Part shown: piece after piece, positions 44,323-53,592 of the stretch
Layout of the letters: every line of letters starts with the position of its first letter
Position numbering within the stretch: the first letter of the stretch is position 1
From: an uncultured Candidatus Peribacteria bacterium
GTDB lineage: Bacteria > Patescibacteriota > Gracilibacteria > UBA1369 > 2-02-FULL-48-14
Length of the DNA: 64,000 bases
Assembly: GCA_964387375.1 (NCBI GenBank)
Contig: CAYLWB010000002.1
Span: 27,173 to 91,172 of the forward strand
Direction of reading: 5' to 3'
The notes under the pieces: generated by a model
The model's input: only the letters and a program-made list of their open reading frames with translations
The model's database searches: none
What the model was told of the DNA's origin: nothing
Translations under genes and position numbers: made by a program

Positions 44323-44410
44323 AGCTGTGATGGACTTTTCTTTGACGAACGTGTATTTAGTGCAACTCTTTTGAAAAAGGTACGTTTTAGTAAACCGTAA
44401 CATAATAAAA

Positions 44411-45934
44411 ATGGAAACCCACTCTCAAGACCTCTCCACCAATGAATCTTTAGATCATTCAGATACCTCTATTCACATTCCTAGTGGAATACAAGCTCTG
44501 ACTTTTGCTGCTATAGCGGCCTGCACTTACGAAAGCCCTATCACAAACATAACCTACGAGATTCCTCCTGCAACAACATCTTCTCAATTTTTAGGTCCAG
44601 AAGCTTGTGGCATTCAAGCTACGATTCCTGCTTCAGAAATGCCCCCTTTCGCTTTTTACGGGAAAGAAGCTGACGGAGTTAATCTTGCCATTTTAATTGA
44701 AGAAGAAGAGTTAAAAAAAGCTAATGCAGAGGCTGCAAATTTCGACCAAGGGGGATGGATTCAATATGTTCCAGGAGAGGATGTAATGGATACGACTACT
44801 GAACCCATGGCCACACTGTGTGTGAGTCCGGCAAACAAGAGTTGGACCGTTTGCGAACCTGTTTCTCTAAAAATTGCAGGAGGAATGACTCGGGTAGAAT
44901 GGCATGGCGAAGGAGAAGGAATGCTCCCCGAATACATCACTCCAAGCATTCCAACCTTGAATCTTGACCTAAACCAGGTCAGCAAAGATTTCGAGATTCA
45001 AGACACAACAACAGGAAGAGACATCGACAACGTACGCATCAATTCTGGACAAAGCTTGGGTTTGCCCAGTGCTGCCATCTCCTATGAACTGAGTTCAAGA
45101 CATGGAGTGATGACCGTACCCACAAGCTACGTGCATGTTACCAGCAATGTTTGGGGAATTGATGAAAACACAGGAAGCTGCGTCAGCGTTCCGATGCTCA
45201 ATGTAATGCGAAGTAACGATGGCAATATTTGCGAAACAAATGGAAAAGATCTGGAGGGAGATTGTGTGTACGGTTTTGAAGGATATTCTTTGAGTTCCCT
45301 ACAAACAATGGAGTGTCAGTGGGCCAAAAACGGTACGACATGTGATTACGAAAAACTCACCGCCTTTGCTGATGCAGTTCAAACTGCCAGTACGGATCCT
45401 TTTCAGTTTTCTGAGGCAGTGGCTCCGTATGTCGATAGAGATAAAGTCCTATCTATGATTGCTGACGAAAAAGTCCAATATTTTGGAGACGGATATGCGG
45501 TGGGCAACAACAACGTGTGGGATGCTACACAAGACTCAGAGGGAAATATCCGTTTCTATCCTGCCCCCTATTCGCGAGATTTCGCGATGGTAAATGGAGG
45601 GGACAATGCATATATTGATTTTCTTGGTGGCGAACCAATTGCAATAGGTTGGGCGTGGGACCCAGAAAGCTGCATGGTTCTCCACAATAGAATCAGCGAA
45701 TTGAATGAAGCCATGAAGACAGAGTGCGCTCCTGTTGTTGAGGATCATTTTGCTCGTATTGAAGCCCATGGCATGACTCGCCCCCAAGATGAGGGGGTAA
45801 AGGCAGCGAAATTGCGCTTCTGCGAAACTTTCCCAGGAGTTTTAGGGTCCAACCTACCTACTTTAGAAGCCCATTGCGCTTCTCTCCTAGTGACCCCAGA
45901 AGAAACTGGCAGCTCTACAGAAACTGGCTTTTAA
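44411..45934 (+). CDS. hypothetical Cys-rich protein, probably exported
   Basis: 507 aa with a possible lipobox (LTFAAIAAC) and many scattered Cys. Confidence 0.5.
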   Translation: METHSQDLSTNESLDHSDTSIHIPSGIQALTFAAIAACTYESPITNITYEIPPATTSSQFLGPEACGIQATIPASEMPPFAFYGKEADGVNLAILIEEEELKKANAEAANFDQGGWIQYVPGEDVMDTTTEPMATLCVSPANKSWTVCEPVSLKIAGGMTRVEWHGEGEGMLPEYITPSIPTLNLDLNQVSKDFEIQDTTTGRDIDNVRINSGQSLGLPSAAISYELSSRHGVMTVPTSYVHVTSNVWGIDENTGSCVSVPMLNVMRSNDGNICETNGKDLEGDCVYGFEGYSLSSLQTMECQWAKNGTTCDYEKLTAFADAVQTASTDPFQFSEAVAPYVDRDKVLSMIADEKVQYFGDGYAVGNNNVWDATQDSEGNIRFYPAPYSRDFAMVNGGDNAYIDFLGGEPIAIGWAWDPESCMVLHNRISELNEAMKTECAPVVEDHFARIEAHGMTRPQDEGVKAAKLRFCETFPGVLGSNLPTLEAHCASLLVTPEETGSSTETGF

Positions 45935-45961
45935 AGCCAACAAATCTGTTCCTTTTTGAGC

Positions 45962-46306
45962 TTAATCTTTAGAACGAAACCCTTTTACAAGCTTTCTGGC
46001 GCCTTCCCAAAAGAGCGCCACTGCAAATCCAAGGAGGTAATAGAAGAAAACACTCAGAAGTGCGATTGCAAAGGCAATCAAAATTTCCTGATCAGTACAG
46101 ATTTTGGACGGTAAAATTCCATTATCATCCCAAAAACCACAAGCAATAATAAGAAGCATGAGATGGGGAAGCAGGGGGAGCATGAGGACATCTGCAAGAA
46201 ACTCAACAGGGATGGATCGAAAACTAAAAGCGGAACTCACATCCAACAAAAATAGAACGGAAATACAAACTCCAACTCCAGTAAATGCACGGACGATTTT
46301 TTTCAT
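45962..46306 (-). CDS. small membrane protein
   Basis: 114 aa with 3-4 hydrophobic helices; 4-nt overlap with the MFS gene. Confidence 0.5.
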   Translation of the reverse strand: MKKIVRAFTGVGVCISVLFLLDVSSAFSFRSIPVEFLADVLMLPLLPHLMLLIIACGFWDDNGILPSKICTDQEILIAFAIALLSVFFYYLLGFAVALFWEGARKLVKGFRSKD

Positions 46307-47784
46307 AAGCGTGGTTCATTTTTTTCAGAGAACTCCCCTGACTCCACTGCCAATTCGATTCCTGCTTGTGTGAGAGGCGAACGGTTCTCTGCTTCTGAGT
46401 GGATGGGAACTTCCTCCAAGAATAGCGTCAAGAAAAAGCCTGCCAACAAAACCAGCATGCCAAAGAAAAACGCGTCTCCGATAGCCAATCCCAAATCTCC
46501 ATGGTGTTTGAGCATTTGATTGTTCAGAATTGCCCCCATAAGAGCAACCCCCATCGTTCCGCCCACGCTGCGGAACAGCTGAATGGCAGCAGTAACTACA
46601 CCAATCTTAGAGCGTTCAAAAATATTCTGAATAACAATGTTGAAGACGGGCATGGTCATTCCAAGGCCCAAACCTGTGAAGATCATACGTAAGCGTAAGC
46701 TTTCGTATGTGGTGTTCGAATCCATCCTAGAAAGGGCATACATTGCTGCAGAAGCCAACAACATGCCCACCAGTGCCAGCGCTTTATAGCGACCTGTGCG
46801 AGAAATGATTTGTCCAGAAACAATGCTCATAAAAATCATTCCCAAAGTGAGCGGTATAAGAATGGTTCCAGAGTCCGTTGCCGAGGTTCCAATCACCTTT
46901 TGAGCAAAAAGGGGTATATAAGAAATAACACTGAACATCCCCATTCCAATCAAAAGTGTTGCAGCAATGGAAACCCGAAATGTTGGGTTTTTAAAAAGAT
47001 CCATTGGGATGATAGGGTTCTTCACTTTTTTCTCTAGCGAGACAAAAAAACTAAGAATGATGAAAGCAAAGGCCAATAGCAAAAGAATCTCAGGAGAATT
47101 CCAGGGATAGAGGTTCCCTCCCCAAACCAAGGCCAAAAGCAAACTCAACAAACCCAAGGTCAAACAAAAAGCACCAACGTAATCTATGGAACGGTTTTTT
47201 ATGGAAGATTGAATAGAAGGCATGAAGAAAAGGAGAACAAAAAACACAACCCCTCCCAACGGCATGTTCAAATAAAAAACCCAGCGCCAAGAAACTTGGT
47301 CGGTTAAAAACCCACCCAAAAAGGGCCCTATAATAGAAGACAGCCCGAATACTGCCCCCATAAAACCTTGCCAAGTCCCTCTTTCAACAGGAGTAAACAG
47401 ATCCGCGATGATGGCAAAACAATTGGTCATGAGCGCTCCCCCTCCAATCCCTTGAATAGCACGGAAAACAATAAGTTGATTCATGTCTTGGGCCACTCCA
47501 CACAAGGCTGATCCCGCCAAAAAGATGACAATACTTGCCAAGAAAAACTCCTTGCGCCCATAGAGGTCAGAAAGTCTTCCATAAATGGGTACAGTAATGG
47601 TGGATGCAAGCATGTAGGCCGTAAAAACCCAACTGATGTGCTCCAGGGCATTGAATTCCTTAACAATGATCGGCATTGCCGTGGAAACCACCGTTTGATC
47701 CAGTGCCGACAAGAACATAGCCAACATGACCATGATCATGATGGCCGCTTTTTGGCGTCCAGGGATGTTGACTAAAGTTTCCAT
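46303..47784 (-). CDS. MFS transporter, DHA2 (EmrB/QacA, 14-TMS) type
   Basis: GRLSDLYGRKEFF (MFS motif A), about 14 hydrophobic segments, 493 aa. Confidence 0.85.
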   Translation of the reverse strand: METLVNIPGRQKAAIMIMVMLAMFLSALDQTVVSTAMPIIVKEFNALEHISWVFTAYMLASTITVPIYGRLSDLYGRKEFFLASIVIFLAGSALCGVAQDMNQLIVFRAIQGIGGGALMTNCFAIIADLFTPVERGTWQGFMGAVFGLSSIIGPFLGGFLTDQVSWRWVFYLNMPLGGVVFFVLLFFMPSIQSSIKNRSIDYVGAFCLTLGLLSLLLALVWGGNLYPWNSPEILLLLAFAFIILSFFVSLEKKVKNPIIPMDLFKNPTFRVSIAATLLIGMGMFSVISYIPLFAQKVIGTSATDSGTILIPLTLGMIFMSIVSGQIISRTGRYKALALVGMLLASAAMYALSRMDSNTTYESLRLRMIFTGLGLGMTMPVFNIVIQNIFERSKIGVVTAAIQLFRSVGGTMGVALMGAILNNQMLKHHGDLGLAIGDAFFFGMLVLLAGFFLTLFLEEVPIHSEAENRSPLTQAGIELAVESGEFSEKNEPRL

Positions 47785-47791
47785 CGGACAC

Positions 47792-48535
47792 CTATTTTAA
47801 TCCACTCAAGAGAAACATCAAGACCAGCCCGAGCAACATGAAGAGGCTCACAGTAAGCGATCTGGATTTGTGACTTTCTGGCACCAAATCTGAGGCAGCA
47901 ATGTAAAGAAAAGAACCTGCAGCGATTGCAAGGAGTTTCCCGAGTATTTCAATTGATAAACCTGGAAAGAACGCCAGCGTGAGCACGGTCCCAAGAGGGG
48001 TGGCTAGAGCCACCGCAGCAGAAGCCCAAACTGCTTTTTTGAGTTTCATTCCTGAATGCATGAGAATAGAAAAGGTAAAAATACCTTCAGGAAGTTCGTG
48101 GATCATCACAGCCAAGGCAGTGACTAAACCGAGTTGTGGGTCGATTTCATAACCGATGCCAATTGCAATTCCATCTAAAAGCGAGTGGAGCAAAATTCCC
48201 AAGCCTGCCACTGGACCGAGCACATGGTCGTGATGCTTCCCTTCTTCTTCTCGACATGCATGAAAGCCAACCAGTGCTTCCACAACAAAAAAGAGTACAA
48301 AACCGAGCAAAACCCACAAGAAAAAATCCTGCTCAACCAGTTCACTAGCCTCAGGTAAAATGTGGAAAAAGGCTGTGCCTAAAAGGACACCTGCCGCCAA
48401 ACTGACAACATAAAAGGAGTATTTTTGAACAAATTTCTTAGCGAAAAGGGTGAGGGCGAGACCAAGCAAGGTGGCGCTACCAGCGATGGCTGAAAGGAGT
48501 ATGGGCATGGGTAGATTTAATGGCAAGAAGAACAA
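47792..48535 (-). CDS. ZIP-family divalent metal transporter (ZupT-like)
   Basis: HSLLDGIAIG and HELPEG motifs with a His-rich loop (EEGKHHDH). An alternative ATG lies at 48508. Confidence 0.85.
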   Translation of the reverse strand: MFFLPLNLPMPILLSAIAGSATLLGLALTLFAKKFVQKYSFYVVSLAAGVLLGTAFFHILPEASELVEQDFFLWVLLGFVLFFVVEALVGFHACREEEGKHHDHVLGPVAGLGILLHSLLDGIAIGIGYEIDPQLGLVTALAVMIHELPEGIFTFSILMHSGMKLKKAVWASAAVALATPLGTVLTLAFFPGLSIEILGKLLAIAAGSFLYIAASDLVPESHKSRSLTVSLFMLLGLVLMFLLSGLK

Positions 48536-48900
48536 AGACCAAAGAAAGTGAGTTCGTGCTTTTTAGGCGCAAATCCACGTTTTTTTAAAGTTTTTTCGAG
48601 TTTTTTTAGGGTTGTTTCTTCTTCAGACTCAAGATCTAAAACTTCTTCGCACGACTCACAAACAAAGTGATGGTGATGCCCTCTTTTGAGTTCAAACATC
48701 TGCACCGTTGGGTCCACAACAATCCGCTCCACCTCACCTTTTGTGATCAATGCCTCCAGCTGGCGGTAGATCGTTGTTTTGTTTGGATGCAATCCTTTTT
48801 TTGAGAGAGCATGCAGTAAATCCACAGCATCTATAGGCTTTTTCTGTTCGCCAAGAACATCAAGAAGTGTACGACGGACAGGAGTTTCACGCAGATTCAT
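48517..48900 (-). CDS. Fur-family metalloregulator (Zur-like by context)
   Basis: wHTH, then HHHHFVCESCEEV and GLCSSC metal sites. ATG at 48900 (MNLRETPVRR...) is preferred because a palindrome sits just upstream. Confidence 0.85.
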   Translation of the reverse strand: MNLRETPVRRTLLDVLGEQKKPIDAVDLLHALSKKGLHPNKTTIYRQLEALITKGEVERIVVDPTVQMFELKRGHHHHFVCESCEEVLDLESEEETTLKKLEKTLKKRGFAPKKHELTFFGLCSSCH

Positions 48901-48912
48901 GAACCCACAGTA

Positions 48913-48929
48913 TTGCAACTTAGTTGCAA
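48913..48929. promoter_or_regulatory. perfect 7-3-7 palindrome TTGCAAC-tta-GTTGCAA (candidate Fur/Zur-type operator)
   Basis: Lies between the stop of the 365-aa ORF (48932) and the fur-like ATG (48900). Confidence 0.4.
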
Positions 48930-48931
48930 CG

Positions 48932-50029
48932 TCAAGCTCCACCACCGAACGCAAAGGTTTTTAGAGCAGCTACTTCCTCCGAAAGGCGGCTTCTTGCAAT
49001 CCCACTTCTGTGCTCCATTCGCCCTGTAGCCGTAGCCCAGCCTGCCAAATATGTCCGTGCAGCTAGAGCTCTCCCTGTGCTAGGAAGAAACATCAAATCT
49101 GTACCAAAATGAGTTGTTGTTAGTTTGCTTGGAGCAACTCCTACAGTTGCAGCCAAAACACCCAGATCGAACCGAACATGGTTTTCATAATAAGCCCGAT
49201 CGTACAAAGGTCGAACTGGATACCCAGCTTCTGCTCTCAATATATCCAGTGTATTGGCACGGTGAGAATGCCCATGAGCAACTGTCTCCCCAGTGATAAC
49301 TGCCCAGGCGTTGTCCAAAAACGTTTCCAATTTCATGAGCCTGCCATCCAAGCACACCATGTCATGACCGCCCCACTTTGCATCAAGCTCTTTTTCTTTT
49401 TTGGTTCCTATTCCAGTTGGTATATCGAGAACAGCGTTGACTCCGAGAAAATCCCTCCATGCTTCAAGTTGATACCGTATCCCACCTGGATGTAAAAACA
49501 TCCATTCAGTTAATGGAACTGGCTCAGGGGGGAACACATCGTTTCCGTATTCTTGTGGTGTTCTGCGCCTATGCCAGTTACCCACTTGCGTTTCTACTGC
49601 TCCCCACTCTGGAAGAAAAGTCCTTAAAAGACCTGCAGCTCTCCAAAGACTTGGCCCCTCTGGGGTTCGAACAGTCGTTGCGTCAAAACCAGCACGCCCA
49701 CCCACCCACCGCTCTATCTCTGCTGTAAGAGTCGGGTTGTCCTGTCTGGAAGCTGCAACTCGAAGACGAAAATTATAAAGCTCCACAAAATCTGCAGCTC
49801 TCAAATTCCCATCTTCCATCAAGACTCTAGCTGAAGCTTCATGGAGCTGTGGCAAACCTGAAAGAAGAGCCCTGTCGGCATGCCCCACTCGAGCGTTAGC
49901 AGGAGAAGCAGGACAAAATACCAGTTTGCAGTACTGTCCTGGTTTCAAATCAGCAGTATTTTTTACGGAGATCGGTACAAACACTTCGCTTCCCAGGGGA
50001 AGGGTGTTTTCTTCGGGTACTCTAGACAA
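48932..50029 (-). CDS. hypothetical protein, possibly a divergent metallophosphoesterase
   Basis: Ordered motif-like strings GNWHRR, WGGHDM and AHGHSH resemble calcineurin-type motifs III-V. Motifs I and II are not convincing. Composition is Ala/Arg/Gly-rich. Confidence 0.45.
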   Translation of the reverse strand: MSRVPEENTLPLGSEVFVPISVKNTADLKPGQYCKLVFCPASPANARVGHADRALLSGLPQLHEASARVLMEDGNLRAADFVELYNFRLRVAASRQDNPTLTAEIERWVGGRAGFDATTVRTPEGPSLWRAAGLLRTFLPEWGAVETQVGNWHRRRTPQEYGNDVFPPEPVPLTEWMFLHPGGIRYQLEAWRDFLGVNAVLDIPTGIGTKKEKELDAKWGGHDMVCLDGRLMKLETFLDNAWAVITGETVAHGHSHRANTLDILRAEAGYPVRPLYDRAYYENHVRFDLGVLAATVGVAPSKLTTTHFGTDLMFLPSTGRALAARTYLAGWATATGRMEHRSGIARSRLSEEVAALKTFAFGGGA

Positions 50030-50104
50030 GAGAAAGCGTTATATTTCCTGCAAAATAATGCTTTTCAAATTTTTGTCAACACCCGAGGAGATCCTTCCTT
50101 ATTT

Positions 50105-50878
50105 CTACAGACGAGCCTTGAAGGTCTTTTCTTGAGGCTCATCCAAAAGGAGCGCTCTTTGCTCCCCTCCGTACCTCCATTCACTCATGGCCAGGAGGAT
50201 GGCCCCTGTCACGTCCTCACGAGAAAGGCCTGTAGTGTCCACCGTTTGGGTAGCCAGACGTTTACTCAGACCGGTCATTTCTACCACCACTTCTCTTAAA
50301 AATTCTAGCTGCTCTTCCTTCAATAGAGTTTCACCACGCTGTAAAATTCGCCGCTGCATTTCAGTTTCGTCCACAGTGAGGTGCAAGTGCAGATCTGGTA
50401 TTGGCAAGTTCATGAAGGCAGATTTAGCCCGTTGCAAAAGCAAAGCTCCTGCGTCAGGAACCTTCGCCCAACGATGCATACGAACACCTTGGTAACCACA
50501 AAAAGAAAGAATCCCCCGATCCGAAAGCACCACTTTACCTGCCGCTTGAGCAGGAACAATTGTGCTTTCTACTTCGTAAAGAAGGTCTGCGAGAAGCGCA
50601 TATGCATCGGCAAATGGAGTCTTGTTCTCGGGGTGCAAACTATAGAAGCGCTTCTCTTTAATGATCTGAAGGATGAGTCTACCCACGGGCCCGTCAGACA
50701 TTTCCGGCAGGCGCTGAACCTGTAAACCCGCTTGCTCCAAACAAGCCGCCACTCGATCCAATTGGGTGGTCTTGCCCACCGCATTCACTCCGTCGAGCAC
50801 AAACCAACGTCCTTGGAGGTGCTGGAAGGGGCTCGGCGCAGTCATGGAAGAGTGGCTAAACTCGTTTGAAGTTAACAT
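50105..50878 (-). CDS. thymidylate kinase-family (Tmk-like) P-loop kinase
   Basis: FVLDGVNAVGKTTQL (P-loop) and LSDRG, where Tmk has the DRY/SDR motif. The protein has N- and C-terminal extensions. An alternative ATG lies at 50845. Confidence 0.6.
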   Translation of the reverse strand: MLTSNEFSHSSMTAPSPFQHLQGRWFVLDGVNAVGKTTQLDRVAACLEQAGLQVQRLPEMSDGPVGRLILQIIKEKRFYSLHPENKTPFADAYALLADLLYEVESTIVPAQAAGKVVLSDRGILSFCGYQGVRMHRWAKVPDAGALLLQRAKSAFMNLPIPDLHLHLTVDETEMQRRILQRGETLLKEEQLEFLREVVVEMTGLSKRLATQTVDTTGLSREDVTGAILLAMSEWRYGGEQRALLLDEPQEKTFKARL

Positions 50879-50894
50879 AGTTTTCCTGGCAGCT

Positions 50895-52526
50895 CTAGTC
50901 CTCCAAGTAGAGCATAGGATTCATCTTCTGCCCCTTGTCGTTGATTTCAAAGTGCAGGTGGATTCCCGACCCCCCTTTCACTCGGCCTGTGTTTCCCATC
51001 ACGGCGATTTGCTGCCCCGCTGTTACCGTTTGCCCTTCTTCAACCAGAATGTCCCCCAGGTGGGCGTAAAGACTTTCAATACCATCCCCGTGGTCCAAAA
51101 TGATCATGTTCCCTCGACCAGCATTCCAACGCCCATCGTTGCTGACCACCCGCACCGTGGCATCCGCAATGGCCACAATGGGCACGTTTTCTTGTCCATC
51201 GCTTTGAAAATCCAGAGCAGCGTGTCCAGGATTGTAGGCCTGAGAAATAGAAGTGGAGGCAGGACGCAGCCACTCTTTTTGCTGTTCGGTTATTTCTACC
51301 TCACCATCATCTACCTCACCATCAGGTGCTTCACCGTCATCGAAGACGGGATCGGAGGCCTCCGCGAGCTGATCTTCTTGCATTGCATCAAAATTGAGTT
51401 CCCACTGTTCAATGGCTTCTGCAGGCACCTCCTCAAGGATCGCAGCACTTTCAGCCTTGCTGTACTCTTCGCCCAGGTGGTTGTAACAGCCTGAATCCGT
51501 CAAGCCCCAGCTATCAAAAGGAGTACCTACCAAAAGCATGGGGAAGGCCTTCAAGTCGTAAGAGGCGTACTGCTCGGGATCAAAAATCAAACCAGGGTCT
51601 TGCGTCTGGTCGTACTCACTGATCAAGTAGATTTGTTCTGTGGAACTCCCAGCGCTGAACTCGTTGACTGTTTTTTTGAGCTCGTAGGTTGTGGCATCAA
51701 AGTAGTAAGACTCTGTAGAATCAGCCCCCTGGTCGTTGAAACGGTGGAAGAAAACCACAAACTTTTCTCCGTTTTCCACTTCTTGGCGCACACTGTAGAA
51801 ATTGGGCTCCGCCTGCAACTGCTCAATGAGGGTGAGCGTGGTCGAAGTGGTTTCCACCTCGCCCATCCCCCCACTAACCGTGTAATGGGTATAATCTTCC
51901 TTGGCCAAAGCGAGGACGGACTGGACCAATTGACCTTCTTCCACAATTGTCTTGATACAAAAGTCTTTTTCACCCTCGTAAACGGCTAGCCAAGCTTTTT
52001 GACTTTCAGAAGGACCTTCATCAAAACCTTGCTCTAAACTTTTTGATGCATAGTCCCAACCATCCCCATATTCGTTGAGGGTGCTCAAATTGATGTCTAA
52101 AATTTCCTCTGTAAAAGGATCGCGGCTGAGGGTCAAACTGTTGCCCACGTCATCCCTCCAGTACTCATCCAAGCTGCTTTGGAGCAGAGTTCCATGAGAG
52201 AGTTCCCGTGTGAGGATCTTCTCGTGATAGAGGCCTTGACCTTGGTAGAGTTCTGCAGCTTGGGCCAGAATTTTTTCTGGATTCAAGGGCCTAAAAAAAA
52301 GTGTTCCTGCCACCACCAGTAACACGGCGGTAGATAGCGGTATGTAAAAATTGCGTTTCATTTGAATGTAAAGGTTATGCAAGGTCTGCAAGCGACTTGA
52401 TCGTGGCACCTGCATTTGCTCTCGAGCCTGGACGAGCAAACGCTGACCCAAGGCCCGTTTAAAGTCGGGGCGAAGGGGTGGCAATTCACTGCGCAAGTGG
52501 TCGAAGTTGTTGTGATGAAGCTTCAT
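50895..52526 (-). CDS. anti-sigma-like membrane protein fused to a C-terminal M23 metallopeptidase
   Basis: Short cytoplasmic N-terminus, one TM (IPLSTAVLLVVAGTLFF), a large extracytoplasmic region, and M23 motifs HAALDF and GIHLHFEI. It follows the ECF sigma gene directly. Confidence 0.7.
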   Translation of the reverse strand: MKLHHNNFDHLRSELPPLRPDFKRALGQRLLVQAREQMQVPRSSRLQTLHNLYIQMKRNFYIPLSTAVLLVVAGTLFFRPLNPEKILAQAAELYQGQGLYHEKILTRELSHGTLLQSSLDEYWRDDVGNSLTLSRDPFTEEILDINLSTLNEYGDGWDYASKSLEQGFDEGPSESQKAWLAVYEGEKDFCIKTIVEEGQLVQSVLALAKEDYTHYTVSGGMGEVETTSTTLTLIEQLQAEPNFYSVRQEVENGEKFVVFFHRFNDQGADSTESYYFDATTYELKKTVNEFSAGSSTEQIYLISEYDQTQDPGLIFDPEQYASYDLKAFPMLLVGTPFDSWGLTDSGCYNHLGEEYSKAESAAILEEVPAEAIEQWELNFDAMQEDQLAEASDPVFDDGEAPDGEVDDGEVEITEQQKEWLRPASTSISQAYNPGHAALDFQSDGQENVPIVAIADATVRVVSNDGRWNAGRGNMIILDHGDGIESLYAHLGDILVEEGQTVTAGQQIAVMGNTGRVKGGSGIHLHFEINDKGQKMNPMLYLED

Positions 52527-52552
52527 GCTATAAAGAGAATTTGGATTGGAAA

Positions 52553-53146
52553 TTACTGCCTGGATTCAAAAGCTTTTCGGAGCTTTTCAAAAGCACGAAC
52601 CAGATTGGAAGCCACGGTTTTTTCGGAAATGCCTTGGAGAATGGCGATTTCTTTATTTTTGAAACCGGCTAGATATTTGAGGCGGACGCTTTCCTGCTGT
52701 TGTTCAGGCAACCCCTCAAGAAGCTCGTGGAGCTCTCCTTTCAACTCCTTGTGCTCAGCACTTTCTTTTGGATTTGGACTTTCCTCTGGCAAAACTGAGA
52801 AAAATTCTTCCGAAAAAGGTTGAACTCTACCCTTCTTTTTGAAGTATTGGTTCACTTCGTTGCGCGCAATGGTGAAAATCCAGGCCTGAAAGGAAACCAA
52901 GTCAAGTCCACGGAAGTTCTGAATACCCTGTAAAACGGCTTCCCAAACCTTGCTGCATAGGTCTTCAGCCTCCTGAACTTGACGCACGCGGCTCAAGAGA
53001 TACCTGTACACACGATCAACGTGCTGCTCATAGAGTTGCACGAAACTTTCTGGGTTGGTTTTAGCTTTTTCAACAAGATTCATTGTCTTAAAGAGTAACA
53101 TACACGCTAAATACTGCTCCTCGGCGAAAAACTTTTCCCTTTGCAT
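52553..53146 (-). CDS. ECF-type RNA polymerase sigma-70 factor
   Basis: Region 2 (VDRVYRYLLSRV...FQAWIFTIARN) and region 4 HTH (LKYLAGFKNKEIAILQGISEKTVASNLVRA). An alternative ATG lies at 53083. Confidence 0.85.
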   Translation of the reverse strand: MQREKFFAEEQYLACMLLFKTMNLVEKAKTNPESFVQLYEQHVDRVYRYLLSRVRQVQEAEDLCSKVWEAVLQGIQNFRGLDLVSFQAWIFTIARNEVNQYFKKKGRVQPFSEEFFSVLPEESPNPKESAEHKELKGELHELLEGLPEQQQESVRLKYLAGFKNKEIAILQGISEKTVASNLVRAFEKLRKAFESRQ

Positions 53147-53236
53147 TAATCTATTTTTCTGCTATAGTGTCCTTGACGAGCTTGTTAATTTGTATCGGGT
53201 TCGTACACTAGCCCTTTACTTCTTAACAACAGATTT

Positions 53237-53524
53237 ATGGCTAAAAAACTTTTTATCGGTAACATGTCTTGGTCCACCAAAAAGGAGGACCTTGAACAGG
53301 CCTTTTCCCAATTCGGTACCGTTACCGAAGCGGTTGTCATTGAAGACCGTGACACTCGCCGCTCCAAGGGATTCGGATTCGTAACTTTTGAGAACGATGC
53401 CGATGCAGATGCAGCAATTGCTGGCATGAACGACAAAGAACTCATGGGTCGTCAAATCAAGGTAAACGAGGCTCGTCCTCGAGAAGAACGCCCTCGTGGT
53501 GGCTTCGGTGGAGATCGCTTCTAA
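53237..53524 (+). CDS. RRM-type (RNP-1/RNP-2) RNA-binding protein with Gly/Arg tail
   Basis: RNP-2 LFIGNM and RNP-1 KGFGFVTF. Confidence 0.9.
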   Translation: MAKKLFIGNMSWSTKKEDLEQAFSQFGTVTEAVVIEDRDTRRSKGFGFVTFENDADADAAIAGMNDKELMGRQIKVNEARPREERPRGGFGGDRF

Positions 53525-53546
53525 TCGATCTTAAGTAGACTTTGAA

Positions 53547-53580
53547 AAAGCCCCATTCCTAGGAGTGGGGCTTTTGTGTT
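53547..53580 (+). terminator. rho-independent terminator
   Basis: AAAGCCCCA / TGGGGCTTT 9-bp stem followed by TTTTGTGTT. Confidence 0.75.
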
Positions 53581-53592
53581 ACAACAAGAACA

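Noticed and set aside
48901-48954. N-terminal extension of the Fur-family ORF (start at 48954), which overlaps the 365-aa ORF
   Set aside because: The extension would translate through a perfect 17-bp palindrome that looks like an operator. MNLRETPVRR... at 48900 gives a normal-length Fur protein.
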